62,909 nucleotides of DNA, filler included, from Licmophora abbreviata (GCA_900291995.1; 15 parts of 15 records of this genome joined end to end with filler, not necessarily neighbours in it); one strand, 5' to 3'. Positions 22,657-32,225 are shown, counted from the first letter of the whole stretch. Notes: generated by a model from the sequence alone, not told the origin. Made by a program: numbers and translations.

Positions 22657-23310
22657 TTAGATCCGCAGGAAGGGCTGCGCGATCCGGGGGATCAGGCCGC
22701 GGAACTTCAGCGGTGCGTCCGTGGCGGCGAGACAGATGCAATCCTCGCCGATATCCGCGACGGGCGTGTGATCCAAATCTTCATTGGCGATCTCGATGTC
22801 GCCGGGGCCGAAATGATCCATCTCGTCACGGAACGCGCCCTTGAGCACAAGGGTCAGCTCGGTACCGGCATGGCCGTGATCCGGGACGGCCGCGCCTGCG
22901 GGGATATAGAGGAGCCGGACAGTCGCATCGCGCGACGTGGTCAGGATCGCTTGCTTGACGCCCATGCCAACCGGTTTCCACTTCACGGCGTCCAGATCGC
23001 CGCCGACATAATCCTGCACCGGAGCGGGCAGGATGCCGCCACGGCGCACGGGTTTCGCGGGAGTGTTGCTCATGTCGCCCGATTTGATCCGGTTCAAAGT
23101 TGCCTCAAAACTGCCGGAGGAAAGCTCGGCTGTCTCGCAGCTTTCAATCAGCGCGCCGCCGACCGTATCGAAAGCACCAAGGCGGGCGCGGCATTCGTCG
23201 CACATGGAGATATGTGCTGCGATTGTCAGGCTGAACGCCTCGGGAAGTGTCCCGGCGGAATACGCCATCAACAGGGCGTCGGTCAGGTGGTGTTTGATCT
23301 TGTCGGTCAT
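22657..23310 (-). CDS. chrR: Anti-sigma-E factor ChrR
   Basis: HH...HxxxCxxC zinc anti-sigma domain plus cupin (HGH, HTP); downstream of an ECF sigma. Confidence 0.93.
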   Translation of the reverse strand: MTDKIKHHLTDALLMAYSAGTLPEAFSLTIAAHISMCDECRARLGAFDTVGGALIESCETAELSSGSFEATLNRIKSGDMSNTPAKPVRRGGILPAPVQDYVGGDLDAVKWKPVGMGVKQAILTTSRDATVRLLYIPAGAAVPDHGHAGTELTLVLKGAFRDEMDHFGPGDIEIANEDLDHTPVADIGEDCICLAATDAPLKFRGLIPRIAQPFLRI

Positions 23311-23317
23311 GTCACAT

Positions 23318-23974
23318 TCACTTCATTGCGTGGCGCAGTCGGTCAAGCGCCAGTCTTATCCTTGATTTGATCGTGCCCAGTGGCAGGCCCGTCTGCTCGG
23401 CGATCTCGCTATGGGTGAGATCCCCGAAATAGGCCTTTTCGATCAGCGTTCTCTGTTTGTCGGGAAGGGTTGCGAGGGCCTGTCCCAACTGTTCACTTTC
23501 CTGTTGCAGGACCAGCGCATCGGCCTGATCCGGTTCGGCCTCGGGGCCCCAGGGAAGATCCTCGGGCTCGGGCCGCTTGTATTTGCGGATCGCATCGATC
23601 TTGCGGTTTCGTGCGATCGTGAAGATCCATGTGGCCGCGCTGGCCCGGGTCGGATCGAAAAGATGGGCCTTTTGCCAGAGCGTCGCCATCACCTCTTGGG
23701 TGCATTCCTCGGCCAAGGTGGCGTCAGCGCCGGAGCGCATGAGAAACGCCTTCACGCGAGGGGCGAAATGATTGAACAGCTCGGCGAAAGCAGCCTGATC
23801 CTGAGCGTCACGAATGCGCGAGATACAGGCGACCCAGTCGTCATTTTCCCTTTCCCGTAGGTTTGTCACGTTAGCTGATTCCAGACTTCGAGGTTGCGTC
23901 GAACACCGTTTACCACGACCCCGGAAAGGGGGCGAGTGGACAAGCGGAGCTGCGATCTCTGTGTCATTCAGCAT
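23318..23974 (-). CDS. rpoE: ECF sigma factor RpoE (singlet-oxygen response type); start uncertain
   Basis: Region 2 TWIFTIARNRKID, region 4 PLGTIKSRIRLAL; paired with chrR. Confidence 0.92.
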   Translation of the reverse strand: MLNDTEIAAPLVHSPPFRGRGKRCSTQPRSLESANVTNLRERENDDWVACISRIRDAQDQAAFAELFNHFAPRVKAFLMRSGADATLAEECTQEVMATLWQKAHLFDPTRASAATWIFTIARNRKIDAIRKYKRPEPEDLPWGPEAEPDQADALVLQQESEQLGQALATLPDKQRTLIEKAYFGDLTHSEIAEQTGLPLGTIKSRIRLALDRLRHAMK

Positions 23975-23982
23975 ACAGTGGA

Positions 23983-24008
23983 TACGGTATGTTTGACGGG
24001 GTGGATCA
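23983..24008 (-). promoter_or_regulatory. Sigma-E promoter for rpoE-chrR
   Basis: Minus strand TGATCC-N16-CGTA, the Rhodobacter sigma-E consensus. Confidence 0.8.
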
Positions 24009-24040
24009 CAAGTTTGGAAAAAAATAATGCAAACAGTTAG

Positions 24041-24066
24041 TCATCCAAGCAGGCATCCAGAGCGTA
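24041..24066 (+). promoter_or_regulatory. Sigma-E promoter for the divergent lipid-modification operon
   Basis: TCATCC-N16-CGTA. Confidence 0.75.
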
Positions 24067-24102
24067 TTGCCAAGCAACAACGAAAAAGGACTAACTATTC
24101 TC

Positions 24103-25495
24103 ATGCCATTCGAAGCAGGCGCAGGCACGCGCAGGAAGATCGCCGTGATCGGCGCCGGGATCTCCGGGATGGGCGCAGCGTATGAATTGGGTGAGTCGCA
24201 TGATGTCACCCTGTTCGAGGTGGAGACCCGTCTAGGCGGACATGCGCGGACGATCATGGCAGGCAAGAACGGGGATCAGCCGGTGGATACCGGGTTCATC
24301 GTCTTCAACTATGCCAATTACCCGAACCTGGCGCGCATCTTCGCCGAACTGGATGTGCCTGTGGTCAAAAGCAACATGAGCTTCGGGGCGTCGGTGCGCG
24401 GTGGTGGTCTGGAATACGGGCTGGCCAGTTTCGATGCGGTATTCGCGCAGCGCCGCAACCTGATGAACCCGAAGTTCCTGAGGATGCTGCGGGACATCAT
24501 GCGGTTCAACGCACAAGCACCGTCGAAGGCGCAATCGCACCGCGATCTGACCATCGGCGATTTTCTTGACGAATTGGGGACGGGTGCCTGGTTCCGTGAC
24601 TATTACCTGATGCCGCTCTCGGGGGCGATCTGGTCCACACCCAAAGAACGCATACTGGACTTTCCGGCCCATGCGCTGATCCGGTTCTTCGAAAATCACG
24701 CGCTGATGAATTATTCGGGCCAACATCAATGGTACACGGTGCAGGGCGGTTCGATCTCGTATGTGACGCGGATGGGGGCTGCGCTTGAGCAGAAGGGTGT
24801 CGATATCCGGCTCGGCTGTCCTGTCGATGCCGTGCGGCGGTTGCCTGCGGGGGTCGAGGTGAAGGCGCATGGCGGCGACTGGGAAGGCTTTGACGAGGTC
24901 ATCATGGCGACCCATTCGGACGTGTCGCTGCGCCTGTTGNNNNNNNNNNNNNNNNNNNNNNNNNNNNNNNNNNNNNNNNNNNNTTAATTAATTAANNNNN
25001 NNNNNNNNNNNNNNNNNNNNNNNNNNNNNNNNNNNNNNNGAGGCCGAGACCAAGGCGCTTGGCGCCATCGGATACCAACCGAACGAGATCGTTCTGCACG
25101 CCGACCCCGAAGTGATGCCGCGCAAGCGGTCGGTCTGGTCGTCGTGGAACTATTCCGAGACACCGGCCAAGCGCGATGGTCAGATCGACATGACCTATTG
25201 GATGAACCGGCTGCAGCCGATCCCGCAGGACGATCCGCATTTCGTCACGCTGAATTCCACCCGCCCGATCCGCGACGAGCTGATCTATGATCAGGTGACG
25301 CTGCATCACCCGGTTTATGATCTTGCAGCACTTAAGGCGCAGGAAGACATGCGCGCCATGAACGGCCAGAACGGCACTTGGTTCTGTGGGGCGTGGATGC
25401 GCAATGGCTTCCACGAGGATGGCTTGTCGAGCGCGATCGACGTGGCAGAGTCGATCGCGTCGCGCGGCGCTGTCCCGGCTGTTGCCGCGGAATGA
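24103..25495 (+). CDS. FAD-dependent oxidoreductase (RSP_1091/UfaD-like fatty acid desaturase), spans gap 24940-25039
   Basis: GAGISG, RLGGHART, VDTGFIVFN, CGAWMRNGFHEDG. Confidence 0.85.
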
Positions 25496-26247
25496 CCGTC
25501 ATAGATCATATCGCGGGCCACACATGGCACGGGCGGAAAGGCGCTGTGGAAAACGCCTTTCGCTATGGTATCGACTATGTGCTGCTGGATGCCGAAGCGC
25601 CGGTGGCCGGTCCGCGGCTGTTCGGACGCAATCGCGCGGCGCTCGCCTCGGTGCGGGACAGCGATCACGGCGGCGCACCGGGCGATGGGCGCGGTGCCTC
25701 TTGGGTGCGCGAGGTTCTGGCCTCGCATGACCTGCCCGCGCCGCATCGGATCGAGCTTTTGGCGCAGCCGCGCATTTTGGGGCATGTGTTCAATCCGGTC
25801 TCGTTCTGGATTTGCCGAGATGCAGATGACGCCGTGCGGGTCATCATCGCCGAGGTCAACAACACCTATGGTGATCGTCATTCCTATTTGTGCCACCGCG
25901 ATGATCTTGCGCCGATCACCGCGCAGGACACGATGTCCGCAGCCAAGATTTTCTACGTCTCGCCATTTCAGCGTGTCGAGGGAAGTTACGAATTCCGCTT
26001 CGATCTGCGGCCTGACAGGATCGGCATCTGGATCGATTTCACCGGTGGCAACGGGGGTGTGATCGCCACGCTTGTGGGGCCGCGAAAGCCGCTCACAAAT
26101 GCGGGGCTGTTGCGCGCCTGTCTGCGTCGGCCCTTCGGGTCGCGGCGGGTGCTGACCTTGATCCATTGGCAGGCGCTCAAGCTGTGGTGGAAGGGTGCGA
26201 GGTTCCGTAGTCGTCCAGAGCCCCCTGCGCAGGAGGTGAGCCGCTGA
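25492..26247 (+). CDS. DUF1365 protein (RSP_1090/UfaO-like)
   Basis: FNPVSFW, AEVNNTYG, FYVSPF, IHWQALKLW; ATGA coupling to the upstream gene. Confidence 0.88.
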   Translation: MTVIDHIAGHTWHGRKGAVENAFRYGIDYVLLDAEAPVAGPRLFGRNRAALASVRDSDHGGAPGDGRGASWVREVLASHDLPAPHRIELLAQPRILGHVFNPVSFWICRDADDAVRVIIAEVNNTYGDRHSYLCHRDDLAPITAQDTMSAAKIFYVSPFQRVEGSYEFRFDLRPDRIGIWIDFTGGNGGVIATLVGPRKPLTNAGLLRACLRRPFGSRRVLTLIHWQALKLWWKGARFRSRPEPPAQEVSR

Positions 26248-27482
26248 TGGCCCCACGCCTGCCATCATATGCCTTGTTCGCGGCACTTCTGGCATCGGCC
26301 GGACTGCCGCTCTATATCCACGCGCCCAAGTTCTACGTGGATGAATATGGTGTGTCGCTGGCGGCACTTGGTACGGTTCTGTTCGTTTTGCGCCTTCTGG
26401 ATGTGGTGCAGGATCCGTTGCTGGGGCGGCTCGCCGACCGTGTCCGGGCGCAACGCGGGCTGTCGGTGGCCATTGCGGTATTGCTGATGGCGGGCGCCAT
26501 GCTGGGCCTATTCGCGGTCGAGCCGCTGTTCCTGCCGCTCGCATGGTTTGCCGTGATGCTGACAATCGTGTTCTCGGCGTTCAGCTATCTGACGATCTGT
26601 TTTTACGCCCAAGGCGTTTCTGCGGCGGGATACCTTCCTGAGCAGGGCCATTTGCGGCTGGCGCGCTGGCGTGAAACGGGTGCTTTGCTTGGCATTTGTG
26701 CCGCTGCAGTCGCGCCGATTGCGCTTGGGGGATATGCAGGCTTCGCGCTGGCCTTTGTCGGGCTGGCTGTGGCGGCCGTGCTGGCGATGATGGGCCAATG
26801 GCAGGCAGCACAGGTGGAAAGCACCGGGTTCGGCGGGGTGCTGCGTGATCCGATCGCCCGCAAGCTGCTGGCTGTGGCACTGGTCAATGCGGCGCCTGTC
26901 GCGGTGAGCTCGACGCTGTTTCTGTTCTTCGTGGAAAGCCGGCTGGATGCGCCGGGATGGGAAGGGCCGTTTCTTTTGATGTTCTTCCTGTCGGCGGCGC
27001 TTGCCGCGCCCGTCTGGGGCAGGCTTGCCGAGGGGATCGGCCCCAAGCGCGTGCTGCTTGTGGGCATGGGCCTGTCGATTGTCGCTTTTGCGGCAGCGGT
27101 CACGCTTGGCAGCGGTGATCTTTGGGCTTTCGCAGTGATCTGCGTGGCGTCGGGTGCGGCGCTTGGCGCGGACATGACCCTGCTTCCGGCCCTGTTTGCC
27201 GCCCGTATGGAAAAGGTGTCGCCCGGCGCCACCGAGGCGTTTGGTCTGTGGTCGTTCGTGTCGAAATTCACGCTGGCGCTGGCGGCTGTGGCCTTGTTGC
27301 CGCTTTTGCAGACCGGTGGGTTTCAGGCGGGGCAGGACAATACCGAGGATGCCTTGATGCTGCTGAGCCTGCTGTATGGCGCGTTGCCATGTGTTCTCAA
27401 GCTGGTGGCGATTGGCCTGCTGGCGAGCACGACCATCGACGAAACAACTCTTGATATGAAAATCTTGGAAAAAGGAGCCTGA
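26247..27482 (+). CDS. MFS/GPH-type transporter
   Basis: RLLDVVQDPLLGRLAD loop motif, about 12 TM segments. Confidence 0.85.
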   Translation: MAPRLPSYALFAALLASAGLPLYIHAPKFYVDEYGVSLAALGTVLFVLRLLDVVQDPLLGRLADRVRAQRGLSVAIAVLLMAGAMLGLFAVEPLFLPLAWFAVMLTIVFSAFSYLTICFYAQGVSAAGYLPEQGHLRLARWRETGALLGICAAAVAPIALGGYAGFALAFVGLAVAAVLAMMGQWQAAQVESTGFGGVLRDPIARKLLAVALVNAAPVAVSSTLFLFFVESRLDAPGWEGPFLLMFFLSAALAAPVWGRLAEGIGPKRVLLVGMGLSIVAFAAAVTLGSGDLWAFAVICVASGAALGADMTLLPALFAARMEKVSPGATEAFGLWSFVSKFTLALAAVALLPLLQTGGFQAGQDNTEDALMLLSLLYGALPCVLKLVAIGLLASTTIDETTLDMKILEKGA

Positions 27483-27486
27483 GCCA

Positions 27487-28050
27487 ATGAGTGCGTTCAT
27501 GTATGTCGCCCTGGGCGCGGCCCTGATTCTGGTGTTGGCCGTTCTTAAGGAGCGGTTCGCCGGTTTCGCTGCGCAGAGGCCCGAAGACTATGCCGGGCAG
27601 CAGCCGCATTTCGATCTGCGCCAGTATCTGAACGGTCCGATCAAATGCGAAGGTGTGATCTATGGCCCCTTGGGGCGCGTGGCATCGCGGTTTACGGCGG
27701 ATTTCGAAGCGCATTGGGATGGCAACCACGGGGTGATGAAAGAGCGTTTTCTCTATGACAGCGGCAATACGCAGGATCGCGAATGGCGGCTGACCCTGAG
27801 CAATGACGGCACCATTCGGGCCGAGGCTGATGATCTGGTCGGTGTCGGCAGTGGCAAACAGGCCGGGCCGGCGGTGCGGCTGGAGTATCGGATAAGGATG
27901 CCGAAAGAGGCCGGAGGGCATGTTCTGGGTGTGACAGACTGGATGTATCTGGCGCCCAACGGGGTCGTGGTGAACCGCAGCCAGTTTCGCAAGTTCGGCA
28001 TCAAGGTGGCCGAACTGGTGGCCACCATGCGCAAGGTGACCCCGGCGTGA
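27487..28050 (+). CDS. DUF3833 family protein
   Basis: FDLRQYLNG, ERFLYDSG...REW, DWMYL, KFGIKVAE. Confidence 0.85.
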   Translation: MSAFMYVALGAALILVLAVLKERFAGFAAQRPEDYAGQQPHFDLRQYLNGPIKCEGVIYGPLGRVASRFTADFEAHWDGNHGVMKERFLYDSGNTQDREWRLTLSNDGTIRAEADDLVGVGSGKQAGPAVRLEYRIRMPKEAGGHVLGVTDWMYLAPNGVVVNRSQFRKFGIKVAELVATMRKVTPA

Positions 28051-28950
28051 TGGATTGGGTTGGCAAGCGATACTGGTTGGTTGGCGCCAGTGAAGGTCTG
28101 GGTCTGGCACTGGCGCAGAAATTGAGCGCGGTGGGTGCCGAGGTCATTGTCTCGGGACGTAACAAGGACCGTCTGGACGAGGTGGTGGCAGGGCTGCCGG
28201 GGCGCGCAAGGGCGGTGGCCGTCGATGTGGGCGACGATGCGAGTGTCGCGCAAGCTGCTGAAGAGGTTGGTGAAATAGACGGCATGGTGTTTATCGCCGG
28301 TGTCTATTGGCCCATGCCCGCGACCGAGTGGAACCCCGAGCAGGTGACCGCGATGGCCAATGTCAACTTCACGGGGGCTGTGCGGGTTCTGGGCCATGTC
28401 GTGCCGCAAATGGTGGCGCGCGATGCGGGCCATATCGTGATGACCGGGTCGCTTGCGGGTTTCCGGGGGCTGCCCGGTGCGGTGGGGTATGGGGCGTCGA
28501 AGGCGGGGGTGATGTCGCTGACCGAATCGCTGCGGGCTGATCTNNNNNNNNNNNNNNNNNNNNNNNNNNNNNNNNNNNNNNNNNNNNTTAATTAATTAAN
28601 NNNNNNNNNNNNNNNNNNNNNNNNNNNNNNNNNNNNNNNNNNNCGGTGCGGTGGGGTATGGGGCGTCGAAGGCGGGGGTGATGTCGCTGACCGAATCGCT
28701 GCGGGCTGATCTGTGGCGGACGGGGGTGAGGGTGCAACTGGCCAATCCGGGGTTCATCAAGACGCGGTTGACGGACAAGAACCAGTTTCACATGCCGTTC
28801 TTGATGACGCCCGAGCGGGCGGCGCAGGAGATGTTCGAGCTGATGTGCGACAAGGCGGCCTTTGACCGGAGCTTCCCGGGTCTGTTCAGCCTTGTTTTCC
28901 GGCTGTCGCGGTTCTTGCCGAACTGGCTCTATTATCGGCTGTTTGCGTAG
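28050..28950 (+). CDS. Short-chain dehydrogenase/reductase, spans gap 28544-28643 (contig ends overlap)
   Basis: GASEGLG, YGASK catalytic motif, NPGFIKTRLT. Confidence 0.88.
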
Positions 28951-29014
28951 GATCAAAGACGCTGGAGAACCGCCGGGCCATCCTGTTGCATCACTGGCGA
29001 ACAGGAGAGGCAAA

Positions 29015-29341
29015 ATGCTGGACATAAGCACATATAAGGTCGCGCAAGTCGTTCTTATGGCACGGGAATTGGGTCGTGCGGAACCTGAGTTGCGGGCCTT
29101 CATCGACCGGCTGACCGAAGAGGAACAGGCCAGTCTTGTGGCCCTGATGTGGATCGGGCGAGAGAGCTTTGGCGCGGATGAGCTGGAAGAGGCCAAGCGC
29201 ACGGCGATGGCCGAGGCAACGACGCCGACGGCGGATTACCTGCTGGGCACACCGCATCTGTCGGACCATCTGGAGAACGGGATGGACGAGCTGGGGATTT
29301 CGCTGGTCGATGACGAGGATGATCTGCTGCGCGGCGGCTGA
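29015..29341 (+). CDS. DUF3775 family protein
   Basis: LVALMWIGR...YLLGTPHL.DHLE.G; GGAGAGG RBS. Confidence 0.85.
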   Translation: MLDISTYKVAQVVLMARELGRAEPELRAFIDRLTEEEQASLVALMWIGRESFGADELEEAKRTAMAEATTPTADYLLGTPHLSDHLENGMDELGISLVDDEDDLLRGG

Positions 29342-29387
29342 GAGCCGAGAATCGGGTTAATCCACAGAATTCATTGAAAAATCCTGT

Positions 29388-29436
29388 TCGGTATCGCGTC
29401 GGTATTACGTCGGTATCGCGTCGGTATCGTTTCGGT
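29388..29436. repeat. Tandem array with 11-bp period, about 4.5 units
   Basis: TCGGTATCGCG / TCGGTATTACG / TCGGTATCGCG / TCGGTATCGTT / TCGGT. Confidence 0.85.
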
Positions 29437-29594
29437 GCGGAGCACCACGCGATCACGCCTTAACGGGGCGCGCGTTGCGGCCCAAGCGCGGCCCGCTCAC
29501 CAGACCGTGATCGAGCGCCTTGTCGCATGTCATTTCGACTCAGCCTGCCGGTCTGGCACACTGAGCACGAATCCACCCCGACCAAGGGAGGTCC

Positions 29595-30917
29595 GTGATG
29601 ACGGCAAACGACAGGTTTCACCCAAATGTTCCGAGTGTGGACCAATCCGACAGGATGGTGCCGTGCAATCTGAGGCAATCGGGATCGACCCCGGTGGAAA
29701 TGCTGATTTCCACGAGGGTTCGCAAATCTCCGTTCTGGCACCTTTCGATCGAGGCGGGCTGTTGGCGCGCGACGGTCTATAACCGGATGTATCACCCGCG
29801 CGGCTATGTGAAGCCCGAGCATGGTGGCGCGATGGCCGAGTATGACGCGCTGGTCAATCGCGTGACCATGTGGAATGTCGCGGTCGAGCGCCAGATCCGG
29901 GTGCGGGGGCCGGATGCCGAAGCCTTCGTGAACCGGGTCATCACCCGCGACGCCACAAAGATCGCACCGATGCGGGGCAAATACACGATCCTGTGCAATG
30001 AAAAGGGCGGTATCCTCAATGATCCGGTGCTGTTGCGGCTGGATCGGGACGAGTTCTGGTTCTCGATCTCGGACAGTGATCTGCAATTGTGGCTGGAAGG
30101 CGTGAATGTCGGGCTTGGCCATGACGTGGAGATCGCCGAGCTGGACGTCGCCACGGTGCAGATACAGGGGCCATTATCCGAAGACCTGATGGAGGATCTG
30201 TTCGGCGAGGATGTCCGCAAGCTGGAGTATTACGAGTTGATGGAGGCCGAGATATCGGGCTGTCCAGTGGTTATCAGCCAGACGGGATTTTCCGGCGAGA
30301 AGGGCTATGAGATTTACCTGCGCGATGCCACGCTGCATGCCGAGGCGCTGTGGTATGCGGTGCTGGGACGTGGGGCGCGTTTCGGGTTGCGGGTCATCGC
30401 ACCGGCGCATCACCGCCGGATCGCGGCGGGCATCCTGTCATGGGGGCAGGACATGGACGCCGAGACATCGCCCTTTCAGGTCAATCTGGACTATCAGGTG
30501 CCGCGCCGTAAGGACGCCGATTACATCGGGCGCGCCGCCCTCGAGGCGCAGCGGGCCGAGATAGATGCAGGGCGGTATCCTTTCAAGCTGAAGCTGGCCG
30601 GTTTGCGCATGGGTGGTGCGCCGATCACCGATTACGCGCCGGATTTCTGGCTGGTGACCACGCCCGAAGGCGCGCGTGTGGGCTATGTCACGTCGCCGTG
30701 GTGGTCGCCCGAACTGGGCTGCAATATCGGGCTCGCGCATGTGCCGCCCGAAATGACCGGGATCGGCACCGAACTTCGGGTGCAACTGCCCGAAACGCTG
30801 GCCGAGGTGTCGGGTCAGCCGGTCGCCGCCGAGGTGGTCGAGGTGCCGTTCCGGCCATCGGCGCATCCCGGTGCCCGGGAACAGGCGCAGGCGGCGGGCC
30901 GGGATTGGGCCGGGTGA
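29595..30917 (+). CDS. GcvT/DmdA-family THF-dependent aminomethyl/methyl transferase
   Basis: TRVRKSPF, WNVAVERQI.VRGPDA, GGILNDPVLLRL, TGFSGEKGYEIY, G.VTSPWWSP. Confidence 0.85.
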   Translation: MMTANDRFHPNVPSVDQSDRMVPCNLRQSGSTPVEMLISTRVRKSPFWHLSIEAGCWRATVYNRMYHPRGYVKPEHGGAMAEYDALVNRVTMWNVAVERQIRVRGPDAEAFVNRVITRDATKIAPMRGKYTILCNEKGGILNDPVLLRLDRDEFWFSISDSDLQLWLEGVNVGLGHDVEIAELDVATVQIQGPLSEDLMEDLFGEDVRKLEYYELMEAEISGCPVVISQTGFSGEKGYEIYLRDATLHAEALWYAVLGRGARFGLRVIAPAHHRRIAAGILSWGQDMDAETSPFQVNLDYQVPRRKDADYIGRAALEAQRAEIDAGRYPFKLKLAGLRMGGAPITDYAPDFWLVTTPEGARVGYVTSPWWSPELGCNIGLAHVPPEMTGIGTELRVQLPETLAEVSGQPVAAEVVEVPFRPSAHPGAREQAQAAGRDWAG

Positions 30918-30926
30918 GCGGACAGG

Positions 30927-30967
30927 AAAACAGGCCCGGCGTGGATCATCCGATCGCGCCGGGCCTG
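30927..30967 (-). terminator. Intrinsic terminator with its U-tail on the minus strand
   Basis: CAGGCCCGGCG...CGCCGGGCCTG stem, AAAA at 30927-30930. Confidence 0.75.
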
Positions 30968-31062
30968 CGTGGGGACACACTTGACACATGGCCTGATCCC
31001 CTGGTCGTAGCCCGTACTCCGGGGCCTGACCAGGGGAGGGAGGGACACTATCAGGCCATATG
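30927..31062 (-). ncRNA. Candidate sigma54-dependent small RNA with C-rich anti-SD bulge
   Basis: -24/-12 promoter, 10+9-bp stem starting near predicted +1, AGUGUCCCUCCCU bulge, 11-bp terminator stem plus UUUU. Confidence 0.65.
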
Positions 31063-31072
31063 ATCCACAACT

Positions 31073-31088
31073 TGCAAGTGCTGTGCCA
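31073..31088 (-). promoter_or_regulatory. Sigma54 (RpoN) -24/-12 promoter
   Basis: Minus strand TGGCAC-AGCAC-TTGCA, exact consensus spacing. Confidence 0.75.
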
Positions 31089-31289
31089 GCTTGCCGACTT
31101 CGCCCAGAAAACGCGAGACCAGTTTGGGGTCATGCGGTGCGGGGCTGACGCCTGCGGGGATTTCACGGTTGAGAACCGCCTCAACCGCGNNNNNNNNNNN
31201 NNNNNNNNNNNNNNNNNNNNNNNNNNNNNNNNNTTAATTAATTAANNNNNNNNNNNNNNNNNNNNNNNNNNNNNNNNNNNNNNNNNNNN

Positions 31290-31343
31290 GAGCAGATAGG
31301 CGGCAGCGACGGACACGGTGCCGGGGGAATAGTAGAACTTCAT
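31290..31343 (-). CDS. Glutathione S-transferase, N-terminal fragment (truncated by gap)
   Basis: MKFYYSPGTVSVAAAYLL with AGGAG RBS. Confidence 0.65.
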
Positions 31344-31360
31344 GATGTCTGGTCTCCTCT

Positions 31361-32011
31361 TCAGACAAATGTCCGGGCGTGTGCCCGGTCGGGCAGGTCA
31401 AGATGCGGTGTGGCGTTGAACGCGCCGACCATCAGCATGTCATGGACGAATTCCAGCCGATGCAGCGAGCTGTTCATGATTTGGAGCATGATCTTGGCCA
31501 TGCCGCCGTTTTCCAGCCCGAGCGCATGGCGCAGGGCCATGCCGATGACCCCGCCCGAGGTGACCACGAGGGTCCGGCCCGGCGTGTGGCAGATCTCGTC
31601 GATGGCGGCGGTGATGCGGTCGGCGAAATCGGTGAAGCGTTCGGGGATATCCTCGAGCCGGTCGCGCGTCCAATGGTCGATCACCTGCGGCAGATGGGTG
31701 GCGAATTCGGTGGCGTCACGCGGGGCCGGGATGCCGTGCTGCGCCTCGAGCGCATGGGCCAGAGCGAAATAGCTCAACTCGTTCAGGCGCGGATCCTGCG
31801 TGGTGATGTCATAGCCCATCGCGCGCGCGGTGTCGGCCTGCCGGATCAGCGTGCCGGTCAGCACCCGGTCGAAATGCGGATTGGTCGCGCGCAGATGCGC
31901 GCCGAGCCAGCCCGCCTGTGCGCGGCCCAGATCGGACAGCCGGTCATAGCCGGCTTCGTCGGTGGCGTGGCTGTTGGCCTGACCGTGCCGCACGAGGATG
32001 ATCTCGGACAC
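31361..32011 (-). CDS. Histidine phosphatase family protein
   Basis: LVRHGQA motif, LxRQxxTA, LNE, VTSGG. Confidence 0.88.
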   Translation of the reverse strand: MSEIILVRHGQANSHATDEAGYDRLSDLGRAQAGWLGAHLRATNPHFDRVLTGTLIRQADTARAMGYDITTQDPRLNELSYFALAHALEAQHGIPAPRDATEFATHLPQVIDHWTRDRLEDIPERFTDFADRITAAIDEICHTPGRTLVVTSGGVIGMALRHALGLENGGMAKIMLQIMNSSLHRLEFVHDMLMVGAFNATPHLDLPDRAHARTFV

Positions 32012-32225
32012 TGTGTTGTCGTCCTGCTGTTGGCGTATCGGCGGCACGTTAGCGCCGCAGGCGGCAGGGTGGAAGGTGCGCACGCGGATTTATTTCACGC
32101 GACATCTTGTTGCCTATCGGAAACCCCGGCGTCGCCAAGGCCGCAAAATTGCGGCGAGGTGTCGGGATTGTGAGACTCCGTTTGCGCGGCGCATGGTTTA
32201 CCATCCCCAACTAAGGAGGCGCGCC

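Noticed and set aside
28475..28712. Direct repeats flanking gaps (about 69 bp here; about 30 bp at 43448/43578 and 28 bp at 54837/54965)
   Set aside because: Overlapping contig ends; merging them restores single intact SDR, ABC ATPase and helicase genes
29388..29436. Tandem array as a mini-CRISPR
   Set aside because: Units are 11 bp and contiguous, with no spacers and no cas genes
29554..29570. TGGCAC upstream of the GcvT-like gene as a sigma54 promoter
   Set aside because: No TTGC at the required spacing
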